From positions 12,280 through 76,279 of the forward strand of contig CAVUTN010000006.1 of the NCBI GenBank assembly GCA_963744515.1: DNA of 64,000 nucleotides, in the 5' to 3' direction. Numbering within the stretch: position 1 is the first letter of the stretch; every line of letters begins with the position of its first letter. The DNA comes from an uncultured Actinomycetes bacterium. GTDB taxonomy: Bacteria; Actinomycetota; UBA4738; HRBIN12. The notes below the pieces were generated by a model. The model was not told the DNA's origin, searched no databases, and saw only the letters and a list, made by a program, of their open reading frames with translations. Positions 39,988 through 48,550 of this stretch are shown here, piece by piece. The translations under genes and the position numbers were made by a program.

Positions 39988-39989
39988 CG

Positions 39990-40427
39990 ATGCGCGTCGA
40001 GGCGACCCGGGACCTGCCCGCGCCGCCCGAACGCGTCTGGTCCTCGCTCGAACGCTGGGAGGACCAGTCGCGGTGGATCCGCGACGCCGTGTGGGTGCGC
40101 GTCCTCACGCCCGAACGCGCCGGCGTGGGCACCCGGGTCAAGGTCCTGAACCGCGTCCTGCACGTCCCGCTGTTCACCGAGCAGCTCGAGGTCGTCGGGT
40201 GGGAGCCGCCGCGCCGGATGGTGATGGCGCACCGGAGCTTCGTCCGCGGCACCGGGACCTGGTCGCTCGAACCCGTGGACGGCGCGACGAGGTTCACGTG
40301 GACCGAGGTGCTCTCGTTGCCGATCCCGCTGCTCGGCGAGCTCGCCCTGCTCGTGTACCGGCCGTTCCTGCGCCGCCTGATGCGCGGCAGCCTCGCGAAC
40401 CTTCAGCGCGTGGTCGCGTCGACGTAG
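39990..40427 (+). CDS. SRPBCC-superfamily protein (polyketide cyclase/dehydrase-like)
   Basis: MRVEATRDLPAPPERVWSSLERWEDQSRWIRD...GTGTWSLEPVDGATRFTWTE. This is the typical SRPBCC N-terminal 'I.AP.E.VW..L.D' pattern. It starts 2 nt after the MFS stop. Confidence 0.75.
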   Translation: MRVEATRDLPAPPERVWSSLERWEDQSRWIRDAVWVRVLTPERAGVGTRVKVLNRVLHVPLFTEQLEVVGWEPPRRMVMAHRSFVRGTGTWSLEPVDGATRFTWTEVLSLPIPLLGELALLVYRPFLRRLMRGSLANLQRVVAST

Positions 40428-40915
40428 GCGCGGAGGTCGTCCAGGTGGGCGGACGCGTGCGTGAACCCGCCCTCGTCCGAACCGAGCAGCGAGCCGATCC
40501 GCTCGCCGAGCGTCGCGTCGTCCGGGTCGAACGGGTACTCGGCGCTCCACGCGTCGTCGCTCGTCGATCCGATCGCGGAGACCAGGCGCCGGTGCAGGTC
40601 GTCGAAGCGCGTCATCACGTCCGGCGTCGACGCGTGGAGGAACCGTTCGACACCCTCATCGTTCAGCTGGTCGCCCGTCTGGGACTCGTAGCGCTCTTCG
40701 ATCGAGGGCCGCTCGCCACGCCCGAACTCTTCGATCGTCGCGAGCGCGAACTCCTCCCAGAGCCCCAGGTGCGCGGCGAGATCCTTGGCCGACCACTCGC
40801 CGCCGCCCATCGTCCCGCGGAGCGCGAACGCATCCTCGTCGAGCTCGGCGAACAGCGCCGCGACCTCGGCGTGCTGCTCCTCCAGGAGCCGGACGGCCTC
40901 GTCGCGCGGGATCAC
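40403..40915 (-). CDS. DinB/ClbS-like four-helix-bundle protein (family assignment uncertain)
   Basis: Intact 170-aa ORF: EEQHAEVAALFAELDEDAF...WSAKDLAAHLGLWEEFALATIE...HASAHLDDLRAY. The conserved His positions resemble the DinB/ClbS superfamily. Its 3' end overlaps the convergent SRPBCC gene by 25 nt. Confidence 0.55.
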   Translation of the reverse strand: MIPRDEAVRLLEEQHAEVAALFAELDEDAFALRGTMGGGEWSAKDLAAHLGLWEEFALATIEEFGRGERPSIEERYESQTGDQLNDEGVERFLHASTPDVMTRFDDLHRRLVSAIGSTSDDAWSAEYPFDPDDATLGERIGSLLGSDEGGFTHASAHLDDLRAYVDATTR

Positions 40916-40945
40916 GCGCGCATCCTACCGGGCGGGTAGCGCGGG

Positions 40946-41284
40946 CTACTCGGTGACCGCGCGCTTGGGCGGCGGGGGTGCGGCGACGAGCAGGACCACG
41001 GCGGGGTCGCCGGTCGCGTTCGTGATCGTGAGCTCGGACCCGGCGGGGACCAGCGTCGTCTCCCACTGCCCGAGCCTCTTGCGGCCCCGGTTCACCTGGA
41101 CGATGACGCGTCCGGTCACCACCAGCACGAGCGCGTCCGAGTCCCGGTCCTCGATCGTCCCGAGCGCCTGGTTGCGTTCGAGGCAGACGATCTCGGACCA
41201 CAGGTGCTCGGACTCGAACAGCTGCTCGTGACGCGGCCCGTTCTCGTCGAACCGCACCAGATCGCGAAGGTCCTTGGCGTCCAC
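40946..41284 (-). CDS. Cupin-domain protein
   Basis: The C-terminal 112 codons of ORF 40946..41728(-), from GTG 41284: VDAKDLRDLVRFDENGPRHEQLFESEHLWSEIVCLERNQALGTIEDRDSDALVLVVTGRVIVQVNRGRKRLGQWETTLVPAGSELTITN. This is a beta-barrel cupin_2-like pattern. Confidence 0.6.
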   Translation of the reverse strand: MDAKDLRDLVRFDENGPRHEQLFESEHLWSEIVCLERNQALGTIEDRDSDALVLVVTGRVIVQVNRGRKRLGQWETTLVPAGSELTITNATGDPAVVLLVAAPPPPKRAVTE

Positions 41285-41359
41285 GGCGGCCCAGCCTATC
41301 GGCCGCGCTCCGACACCGCCGCCCTCCGACCTCGCCGGGCCGCGCTCGGCCGCCATCGG

Positions 41360-41365
41360 TAGACT
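41360..41365 (+). promoter_or_regulatory. Candidate -10 hexamer TAGACT upstream of pepA
   Basis: CGGTAGACTtcgcg lies 37 nt before the pepA GTG, and the SD sequence AAGGAG (41391..41396) lies downstream of it. This is the third occurrence of GTAGACT in promoter-like positions in this window. Confidence 0.3.
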
Positions 41366-41402
41366 TCGCGCTGTTCGTCCCCGACCCTTCAAGGAGCCCA
41401 TC

Positions 41403-42887
41403 GTGCCGACCTTCGCCTTCTCGACCGACCGCCCCACGGACCAGGCCGTCGACGTCCTCGTCCTGCCCGTCTTCGAGGGTCCCGAGGCCGGGCCCGGCGT
41501 GAAGGACGTGAAGGGGGTCGACCTCCTCGAGCAGTTCGAGGCCTCCGGCGCCAAGGGCAAGCGCGGCGAGTCCCTGCTGGTGCCGAACACCGGGGACAAG
41601 GCGCTCGCGGCCAGGGCCGTCCTGCTGGTCGGCGTCGGCCCGAAGGCCGCGGCGAGCCCCGACGCCTGCCGGCGGGCGATCGGCCGGGTCGCCAGACAGC
41701 TCGGGCGGCGCAAGACGGTCGCGACCACGCTCCCGCAGATCGTCGGCGCGAAGGACCAGCTCGAGGCCGTCCAGGCGACCGTGGAGGGCGTGCTGCTGGG
41801 CTCGTACCGGTTCGATCGTTACAAGTCCAAGGCGGACGGTGCGGCCCGGCGCCTGGCCAAGGTCACGATCCTCGGAACCGGCAAGACCGACGCGAAGGGC
41901 GCCAAGGAGTCGATCCGTCGAGGCGAGGTGATCGCGGAGTCGCAGATGTGGGCGCGCGACCTCGTGAACACCCCCGCGCTCGACCTCCCGCCCGCCGGGC
42001 TCGCGAAGGAAGCGCAGGCGATGGCCAAGGAGGTCGGGATCACCTGCAAGGTCTGGACCGAGGCCGAGCTCAAGAAGGGCGGGTTCGGCGGCGTGCTCGG
42101 GGTGGGGCAGGGGAGCGTTCGGCCGCCGAGGCTGATCGAGCTGAAGTACTCCGGGGGTGGGAAGGGTTCCCCGATCGCGCTGACCGGCAAGGGCATCGCG
42201 TTCGACTCGGGCGGCCTGTCGATCAAGGACGCGACCGGGATGGAGTGGATGAAGTCCGACATGGGCGGCGCCGCCTCGATCCTCGCGACGATGCGCGCGA
42301 TCGCGTTGCTCAAGCCCAAGGTGAACGTGATCGCCGCGATCCCCTCGGCCGAGAACATGCCGAGCGGCTCCGCGATCCGGCCCGGCGACGTGCTGAAGCA
42401 CCGCGGCGGTACCACGTCCGAGGTGCTGAACACCGACGCCGAGGGACGGCTGGTCCTGGCCGACTCGCTCGCGTTCCTGGCCGAGAAGAAGCCGCGGGTG
42501 ATCATCGACACCGCGACGCTGACCGGCGCGTGCATGATCGCGCTCGGGACCGACCTGTGGGGCGCGATGGGCAACGACCGCGACCTGATCCGGGACGTGC
42601 TGGCCGCCGGCGACGCCGCCGGCGAGCCGGGATGGGAGCTCCCGATGCACGAGCCGTACCGCAAGCTGATCGACTCGGACATCGCGGACATCAAGAACAT
42701 CGGCAAGCGCTACGGCGGCGCGATCACCGCGGCGATGTTCCTGCGCGAGTTCGTCGGCGACGTGCCGTGGGTGCACCTGGACATCGCGGGCCCCGCGTTC
42801 TCCGAACGCCAGGGCGACTACTGGCCCAAGGGCGCGACCGGCAGCCCCGTCCGCGCGCTCGTGCGCTACGTCCTGTCGAAGGCGTAG
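41403..42887 (+). CDS. pepA: Leucyl aminopeptidase (M17)
   Basis: Frame of ORF 41274..42887 from GTG 41403 (RBS AAGGAG). It has VGKGIAFDSGGLSIK-type motif LTGKGIAFDSGGLSIKDATGMEWMKSDMGGAA, the M17 signature NTDAEGRLVLAD, and DIATLTGA-like IIDTATLTGAC. Confidence 0.93.
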   Translation: MPTFAFSTDRPTDQAVDVLVLPVFEGPEAGPGVKDVKGVDLLEQFEASGAKGKRGESLLVPNTGDKALAARAVLLVGVGPKAAASPDACRRAIGRVARQLGRRKTVATTLPQIVGAKDQLEAVQATVEGVLLGSYRFDRYKSKADGAARRLAKVTILGTGKTDAKGAKESIRRGEVIAESQMWARDLVNTPALDLPPAGLAKEAQAMAKEVGITCKVWTEAELKKGGFGGVLGVGQGSVRPPRLIELKYSGGGKGSPIALTGKGIAFDSGGLSIKDATGMEWMKSDMGGAASILATMRAIALLKPKVNVIAAIPSAENMPSGSAIRPGDVLKHRGGTTSEVLNTDAEGRLVLADSLAFLAEKKPRVIIDTATLTGACMIALGTDLWGAMGNDRDLIRDVLAAGDAAGEPGWELPMHEPYRKLIDSDIADIKNIGKRYGGAITAAMFLREFVGDVPWVHLDIAGPAFSERQGDYWPKGATGSPVRALVRYVLSKA

Positions 42888-42932
42888 CGGCGCCAAGGCC
42901 TAGCAGGACCGCGCCTCGCCTGGGATCGTCCC

Positions 42933-43724
42933 CTAGGGCTTGGTCCCCGTCGCGAACAAGACCTCGCGGAAGTCGTTCACGGGGTCGGCGAAGCGCTCAC
43001 CGAACTCCGCCCTGGCTCGCCGCATGAAGTCCGCGAACGCCGCCTCGCCCAGCATCGAACGGACGAACCGTCCGGTCGCCCACGTCGACAAGCCCTCCAC
43101 GTAGTCGTCGAGCGAGTACTGGAACCGGTAGCGGCGCACCTCGGTGCGGACGTGGCGGATCCCCGCCTCCATGAGCGCCTCCTCCAGCGGCAGCCGCTGG
43201 CGGAAGCGCTCCCGCCAGGGCAGGCGCTCGTCCATCGCGGCCTGCAGGACCTCCGGCGGGACGACCGACCGCACGAGCTCGAGCCACGCCCTGGCCAGGT
43301 CGTCCTGGGCGTCGGCCCACGCCGTGAGACCCAGGCGTCCGCCGGGGCGGAGCACCCGCTTCATGTCGAACAGCGCCGTCTTGTACTTGGTGAAGTGCGC
43401 GAGCACGAAGTTCGCGACCAGCGCGTCGAACGTCCCGTCGCGGAACGGGAGATCGATCGCGATCGCGGTCGCCACCGGGAGCGCGCCGTTGGCCGACCTC
43501 GCGATCCTGAGCATCCCCGGGGCCTCGTCGATCCCGACCACGTTCGCGCCCGTCCCGGCCGCGGCGAACGCCGCGACGCCGGTCCCGGTCCCGACGTCGA
43601 GCACGCGCCACCCGGCCTCGATCCCCGTGAGCTCGACGAGGTCGTGAGCGGGCTCGGCGAGCCGCGGCGCGTGGATCCGCGCGTACGTCTCGGCGACGCT
43701 GTCGTAGGAGCGCCAGTCGTCCAT
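42933..43724 (-). CDS. Class I SAM-dependent methyltransferase
   Basis: MDDWRSYDSVAETYARIHAPRL...VLDVGTGTGVAAFAAA (SAM motif I), VVGIDEAPGML, FDALVANFVLAHF and LRPGGRLGLTAW. ATG at 43724 lies within ORF 42933..44252(-). Confidence 0.85.
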   Translation of the reverse strand: MDDWRSYDSVAETYARIHAPRLAEPAHDLVELTGIEAGWRVLDVGTGTGVAAFAAAGTGANVVGIDEAPGMLRIARSANGALPVATAIAIDLPFRDGTFDALVANFVLAHFTKYKTALFDMKRVLRPGGRLGLTAWADAQDDLARAWLELVRSVVPPEVLQAAMDERLPWRERFRQRLPLEEALMEAGIRHVRTEVRRYRFQYSLDDYVEGLSTWATGRFVRSMLGEAAFADFMRRARAEFGERFADPVNDFREVLFATGTKP

Positions 43725-43814
43725 GGCGGTCCAGCCTACCGGCGTTCCCCGCGTTCGGCGGGGCGGGTTCGGCCGTCCGGCGGGCCACGTTCGTCCCGCG
43801 GGTACGCTCTCGCC

Positions 43815-44591
43815 GTGTCCGGGCCCGCGGGTGTCACCGCGCTCGTCCTGGCCGAGACCGTCGCGGGCGGGCTCGTCCTGCTGTTCCTCACGCCGCTGTG
43901 GGGCGAGGTCAAGCGGGGCTTCTTCACGTTGACCGGGAGCGTGCTCCTGGCGCTGTCGTTCGCGACCTGGGGCGCCGCGGCGGCCGCCCGGGTGCCGGGG
44001 AGCGAGGCCGGCGTCTGGTCGGTTCGGCTGTCGGCCGCGCTCGCGTTCGTGAACCTCGTCTGGGTCGGCCTGATGTTCGCGAAGCGACACGCGGCGGCTC
44101 GCGTGATCGGCATCGTCTCCGTCCCGATCTCGATCGCGGTGCTCGGCGCGATGGCCGGAACGGCGGAGGGGACCTGGGCCGTGGCGTTCCTCCAGCTGCT
44201 GGCCGGCGCGGCGTTCCTCGGCGCCGTGATCGACGGGCTCCTGCTCGGGCACTGGTACCTCACCGACCGCGGGCTCACCCGCAAGCCGATCAACCGGATG
44301 ACCGTCCTGTTGTTCGTCGGGGTGGGGCTCGAGGCCGCGGCCCTGCTGCTCGGAGGGTTCGGACCGACCGAGGCCTCGTCCGAGTTCAACCCGCTCCTCA
44401 CGTCGGCGGGCCTCGCCTCGTGGATCGCGCTCGGGATGGTCGCGGCGACCGGACTCATCGCCGTGATGATCCGGGCCACGCTGAGGGGCACGAGGGCGTC
44501 GGCCGTGCAGTCCGCGACCGGCTTCTTCTACCTCGCCGTGATCACCGCGTTGACCGCCGAGTTCGCCGCCAAGGTAACGTTCCTGTCCTAG
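43815..44591 (+). CDS. Hypothetical integral membrane protein (about 7 TM)
   Basis: Frame of ORF 43152..44591 from GTG 43815: VSGPAGVTALVLAETVAGGLVLLFLTPLWGEVKRGFF.... It is hydrophobic throughout and I do not recognise a family. It is the first gene of a tightly spaced four-gene unit. Confidence 0.6.
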   Translation: MSGPAGVTALVLAETVAGGLVLLFLTPLWGEVKRGFFTLTGSVLLALSFATWGAAAAARVPGSEAGVWSVRLSAALAFVNLVWVGLMFAKRHAAARVIGIVSVPISIAVLGAMAGTAEGTWAVAFLQLLAGAAFLGAVIDGLLLGHWYLTDRGLTRKPINRMTVLLFVGVGLEAAALLLGGFGPTEASSEFNPLLTSAGLASWIALGMVAATGLIAVMIRATLRGTRASAVQSATGFFYLAVITALTAEFAAKVTFLS

Positions 44592-44593
44592 CC

Positions 44594-45223
44594 ATGGATA
44601 TCGCCGTGATGGTCCTCGGGTTCGTCGCGGAGGTCATCGCCTGGTCGCTGGTCGCTCGCGGGCGGAACGTGTGGACCACGATGACGCCGGTGCTCGCCAC
44701 GATGGGCGTGGTCGCGCTGGTGGTCGGTCCGATCGAGTGGTCGCCCGACGTGGCGCCCGGGGTCTCGCTCGCGGTGGGGCTCGGTCTTGGCGTGCTCCTG
44801 TACGTGGCCACGCGCATCGCGATGGTGATCATGTCGCGGTGGGGGACCTTCCGGCGGCACTCGCTCGAGATGTACCGCAAGCAGGGCGGGCTCTCGCTGG
44901 GGCTCGCGCTGCTGCTCTCGATCGCGCTCTCGGTGCCGGGCGAGGAGCTGTTCTGGCGCGGGTTCTTCCAGGGCCAGCTCGAGTCCTCGCTCGACGGCAA
45001 GACCGAGCTCGCGGCGGTGCTCGCGTGGCTCGCGTTCGTGCTGGCGAACCTGCCCAGCGCGAACCTCGCGATCGCGGCCGGCGCGGTGGTGGGCGGCGCG
45101 GCCTGGGTCGCGTTGGCGTGGTGGACGGGCGGGGTGCTCGCGAGCCTCGCCTGCCACGTCGTGTGGACGGGGTTGATGGTCGCGTTCCCGGTGCTGCACG
45201 TCCCCGCCGAATCGACGACGTGA
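44594..45223 (+). CDS. CPBP-family intramembrane glutamic endopeptidase (CAAX protease / Abi-like)
   Basis: MDIAVMVLGFVAEVIAWSLV... with CPBP motif 1 EELFWRGF and a later H-containing motif (LACHVVWTGL). It starts 2 nt after the previous stop. Confidence 0.8.
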   Translation: MDIAVMVLGFVAEVIAWSLVARGRNVWTTMTPVLATMGVVALVVGPIEWSPDVAPGVSLAVGLGLGVLLYVATRIAMVIMSRWGTFRRHSLEMYRKQGGLSLGLALLLSIALSVPGEELFWRGFFQGQLESSLDGKTELAAVLAWLAFVLANLPSANLAIAAGAVVGGAAWVALAWWTGGVLASLACHVVWTGLMVAFPVLHVPAESTT

Positions 45224-46176
45224 GCGACGTCGTCCCCGCGCCCGTCCGACGGATCCTCGACGACGGCGCGTTCTGCCACGTCGCCTCGCTCACGCCGACC
45301 GGTCCGCACGTGACGCCGATGGTGTTCGCCTCGGCCGCCGGACGCGTGTGGGTGACCACGTCGAGAGGTTCGGTGAAGGCACGCGCGTGGCGGCGCGACC
45401 CGAGGGTCGCGGGGCTGGTCCGATCCGGCGATCGGGCCGCGGCGTTCACCGGGACCGTGACGACCTACGACCTGCTCGACACGGACACGTGGGGTCGCTC
45501 CCTGTCGCAGGGTCCGGTGCTCGCGCTCGCGGGGTTCCGCTTCACCCAGAAGAACGCCCGGTTCTTCGCCGGCTACGCGGTGGACGCGCACCAGGTCCCG
45601 CTCGCGTGGACGCCGCCGGGACGCGTGTTCGCCGAGATCCGGCTCGAGAGCTCGGCGATCGTGGACTCGGGACGTTTGACGAGCGCGTGGGGGGAGTGGG
45701 GCGACACGATCGAGGGCGTGGAACGCTTCCGAGCCTCGAACGCCGAGACGCCGCCGTTGGCCGGCCTGCCCGAGACGATCCGAGACGGCTTCGGGACGAG
45801 CGGGGACGGCGCGCTCGCGCTCGCTACCGACGAGGGACCGGTCGTGCTCCCGGTGCGCTGGGCCAACGACGGCGGGCGAGCCTACGCGGTGGTCCTGTCG
45901 GAGACGCTCGCCCTCGCCGCACCGTCCCGCGCCCCGGCCGTCGCGTTGCAGGTCGACCTGCCCTCGTCGTGGCGCGCCCGGGCGATGATGGGAGCCATGA
46001 TCCGGGGACACGGCCAGGTCGCGGTGGTCGCCGAGCTCACCTCGGGGGCCGGTTCGGTCACCCGGATCGCGGAGCTGGCGGGCGTCGAGCCATCGGACGC
46101 CGCCCTGGTGGGTATCCGTCCGGCGACCGTCGTCTGGTGGCGCGGGTGGACGTCGGGGACGGTGAGCCCCGCGTGA
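45220..46176 (+). CDS. Tandem pyridoxamine-5'-phosphate-oxidase-like (PPOX / split-barrel, possibly F420/FMN-binding) protein
   Basis: The GTG at 45220 overlaps the CPBP stop (GTGA). The first half is RRILDDGAFCHVASLTPTGPHVTPMVFASAAGRVWVTTSRGSVKARAWRRDPRVAGLV. The second half is GDGALALATDEGPVVLPVRWANDGGRAYAVV...ALQVD. Both resemble the PPOX split barrel. Confidence 0.65.
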   Translation: MSDVVPAPVRRILDDGAFCHVASLTPTGPHVTPMVFASAAGRVWVTTSRGSVKARAWRRDPRVAGLVRSGDRAAAFTGTVTTYDLLDTDTWGRSLSQGPVLALAGFRFTQKNARFFAGYAVDAHQVPLAWTPPGRVFAEIRLESSAIVDSGRLTSAWGEWGDTIEGVERFRASNAETPPLAGLPETIRDGFGTSGDGALALATDEGPVVLPVRWANDGGRAYAVVLSETLALAAPSRAPAVALQVDLPSSWRARAMMGAMIRGHGQVAVVAELTSGAGSVTRIAELAGVEPSDAALVGIRPATVVWWRGWTSGTVSPA

Positions 46177-46649
46177 CGAAGGTCGAGTTCGACGTGGTCG
46201 TCGAGGCACCGCCCGAGGCGGTCTGGGAGGTGGTCTCGGATCCGCGGCGGCTGCCCCACTGGGACCGGCACATCGTCCGCGTCGAGGGGATCCCGGCGGA
46301 CGGGCTCCGCGAGGGCATGCGCTACACGACCGAGATGCGGTTCTTCGCGTTCCGCAGCACGATCGACGGCCAGGTCCTCGAATGGGACCCGCCGCACCGT
46401 TCGAAGATCCGGCTCACCGGGCTGCTGGACGCGACGGTCACCTCGACGATCGAGCCGCTCGCCGGCGACCGGAGCCTGCTCGAACACATCGTCGACTACC
46501 GGTTCCGGGGCGGCCCGCTGGGCGAGGTCGCGGCACGGAGCCTCGCGCGCGTGGGTGGCGCGCACCTCGCGCTCCGGCACGGGACGCTCGCGCAGGTTCG
46601 GGACATCGAACTGCGCTTCCAGGAGAGCAGGGCGAACGAGGGCGACTAG
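46173..46649 (+). CDS. SRPBCC-superfamily protein
   Basis: The GTG at 46173 overlaps the previous stop (GTGA): VTKVEFDVVVEAPPEAVWEVVSDPRRLPHWDRHIVRVEG...SKIRLTG...IEPLAGDRSLLEHIVDYRF. Confidence 0.75.
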   Translation: MTKVEFDVVVEAPPEAVWEVVSDPRRLPHWDRHIVRVEGIPADGLREGMRYTTEMRFFAFRSTIDGQVLEWDPPHRSKIRLTGLLDATVTSTIEPLAGDRSLLEHIVDYRFRGGPLGEVAARSLARVGGAHLALRHGTLAQVRDIELRFQESRANEGD

Positions 46650-46960
46650 TCGCGTTCGTCGTCGAGCTGCTTCAGGTACTTGCGCTGCAGCCGCCCCGGC
46701 CGCCCCACGAAGTACCCGATCACGAAGCCCAGCCCCGCCGCGACCACGATCACCGTGACGAGCCGCGCCTGCGTGTCGAACAGGAGGAAGTTGACCCGCA
46801 CCGTGTCGAAGTTCGCGACGCCGAACGCGATCAGGATGACCGCGAGGATCACGATGACCACCTGACGGAACGAGATCCCCGAGCGCGGCGGCGGCAACGG
46901 CTGGCTGCGACCGCCGCCGGGATCGTTCGGTGGGCCGTAGTCGTCGCCTTCCCGTCGCAT
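46646..46960 (-). CDS. LapA/DUF1049-domain small membrane protein
   Basis: ORF 46646..46990(-): ISFRQVVIVILAVILIAFGVANFDTVRVNFLLFDTQARLVTVIVVAAGLGFVIGYFVG. This is the typical two-TM LapA_dom pattern. The start is ATG 46960 or 46990. Its stop shares a CTAG palindrome with the convergent SRPBCC stop. Confidence 0.7.
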   Translation of the reverse strand: MRREGDDYGPPNDPGGGRSQPLPPPRSGISFRQVVIVILAVILIAFGVANFDTVRVNFLLFDTQARLVTVIVVAAGLGFVIGYFVGRPGRLQRKYLKQLDDERD

Positions 46961-47007
46961 CGAACCCTCCGTGACGGCGTTGCCGATCATCCTCCATCAT
47001 CCTCGAC

Positions 47008-47595
47008 GTGAGAGCACGTTCGGTCCTTCGAGCCGCGGCCCTGGGCGGCGCCGCGCTGGCCATCGGGGCGTGGAGCTCGTCCGGCCCAGGCCGCGAGCGC
47101 GATCTCGAGGCGTTCCGCGAGGGCAACCGCGACCGGGGTCTCGGCGCGGACCGATTCTTCCGCGGCGTGACCGAGCTCGGCTCGATCTGGGCCTCGGTGG
47201 GTGCGGCCGCGGTGCTGGCGGCGACCGGCCACCGCCGGGCGGCGGCCCGAGGGCTGGCCGCGGCCTCGATCACCTGGGTCGCGGGGCAAGGGCTGAAGCG
47301 CGTGTTCGGCCGTCCCCGGCCCTACGACGCCGGCCTCGACCGGATGCACCTGCGCATCGAACGCCCGAACGGCACCTCGTGGCCGAGCAGCCATCCCGCC
47401 GTCCTGCTCTCGTTCCTCACCGTGACGTCGAAGGACCTCGGCGCCGGACCGATCGCGCGGGCGGCGCTGGACGGGCTGGCGGCCACGATCGGGACGTCGC
47501 GGGTGTACGTGGGCGTGCACTTCCCGTCGGACGTGGCCGGCGGGATCCTGCTCGGCAAGAGCGTGGCCGCCGCGTTCGACGACGACCGCCGATAG
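47008..47595 (+). CDS. PAP2-family lipid phosphatase
   Basis: PAP2 motifs are in order: KRVFGRPRP (K-x6-RP), PSSH and SRVYVGVHFPSD (SR-x5-H-x3-D). The N-terminus is hydrophobic. Confidence 0.85.
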   Translation: MRARSVLRAAALGGAALAIGAWSSSGPGRERDLEAFREGNRDRGLGADRFFRGVTELGSIWASVGAAAVLAATGHRRAAARGLAAASITWVAGQGLKRVFGRPRPYDAGLDRMHLRIERPNGTSWPSSHPAVLLSFLTVTSKDLGAGPIARAALDGLAATIGTSRVYVGVHFPSDVAGGILLGKSVAAAFDDDRR

Positions 47596-47604
47596 ACTCG
47601 CCAC

Positions 47605-48546
47605 GTGCTCGCCTCGATCGGCTGGCCGGTCCTCGATCGCATCCACCTGTTCGGCGACTTCGCGATCAGCCCGCACGGCATCGGGATCGCCGTGGGCTTC
47701 CTGTTCGGCGCGTGGATCCTGCAGCACGAGGGGCCCAAGCGCGGCGTGACCGTCGAGCACATCAACACGATGGTGTTCTGGGCGCTGATCGGCACGATCA
47801 TCGGCGCCCGGCTGTTCTTCGTGATCGGCCACTTCTCCGAGTTCGACGGCGTGGGCGACATGCTCGCGCTGTGGAACGGGGGGCTCACGCTGCTCGGCGG
47901 GATCGCGGGCGCGATCTTGATCAACATCCCGCTGTTCCGCAAGTACCACTACTCGTTCTTCCAGGTGATGGATGGCGCGGTGATCGGTCTCGCGTTCGGG
48001 ATCGCGTTCGGCCGGATCGGCGACCTGATCATCGGCGACCACCTGGGCAAGCCGACCAGCTGGCTGCTCGCGTTCCAGTACGAGGGCGGCAACCTCTCGG
48101 GCTTCGCCTGCGCGGCGGGCACGTGCCGGGCGACGCTCGAGGGCGGTCAGGTGCTCACGATCACGCACGAGGCGGCCCGGCTCACCACCCCGGCCGGCCG
48201 GCTCCTCGCCGAGGGCGTCGGGGTCCATCAGACGGCCCTGTACGACATGTTCTTCGCGACCTGCCTGTTCCTCATCCTGTACGGGCTCTCGAGGGCGCCA
48301 CGCCGGCTCGGGGTGCTCACGCTCGTGTTCGGCGCGGTCTACGGGGCGACGCGGGTGCTCGAGGACTCCCTGCGCGTCGACAAGCGGGTGTTCGGGCTGA
48401 CCGGGAGCCAGTGGACCGGGCTCACGGTCTCGATCGTCTGCATCGTCACGTTGATCGCGTGGGCCGTCGCTGCGCGTTCGTCACCGCGAGCGGACGATCG
48501 AACGACCACCGGCGACGAGGACGAGGCGGACCGAACGGTTCCCTGA
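47605..48546 (+). CDS. lgt: Prolipoprotein diacylglyceryl transferase
   Basis: ISPHGIGIAVGFLFGAWI..., WNGGLTLLGGIAGA, GIAFGRIGDLIIGDHLGKPT and HQTALYDMF match Lgt signature regions (GGL, GRxGN/D-like, Y-E/D). It has a basic, acidic-rich C-terminal tail. Confidence 0.88.
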   Translation: MLASIGWPVLDRIHLFGDFAISPHGIGIAVGFLFGAWILQHEGPKRGVTVEHINTMVFWALIGTIIGARLFFVIGHFSEFDGVGDMLALWNGGLTLLGGIAGAILINIPLFRKYHYSFFQVMDGAVIGLAFGIAFGRIGDLIIGDHLGKPTSWLLAFQYEGGNLSGFACAAGTCRATLEGGQVLTITHEAARLTTPAGRLLAEGVGVHQTALYDMFFATCLFLILYGLSRAPRRLGVLTLVFGAVYGATRVLEDSLRVDKRVFGLTGSQWTGLTVSIVCIVTLIAWAVAARSSPRADDRTTTGDEDEADRTVP

Positions 48547-48550
48547 CGGG

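Noticed and set aside
40656-42896. A 746-aa minus-strand ORF opposite pepA.
   Set aside because: The translation is Arg/Gly/Asp/His-rich and low in complexity, with no domain-like segments. The opposite strand carries an unambiguous M17 aminopeptidase. This is a typical high-GC shadow ORF.
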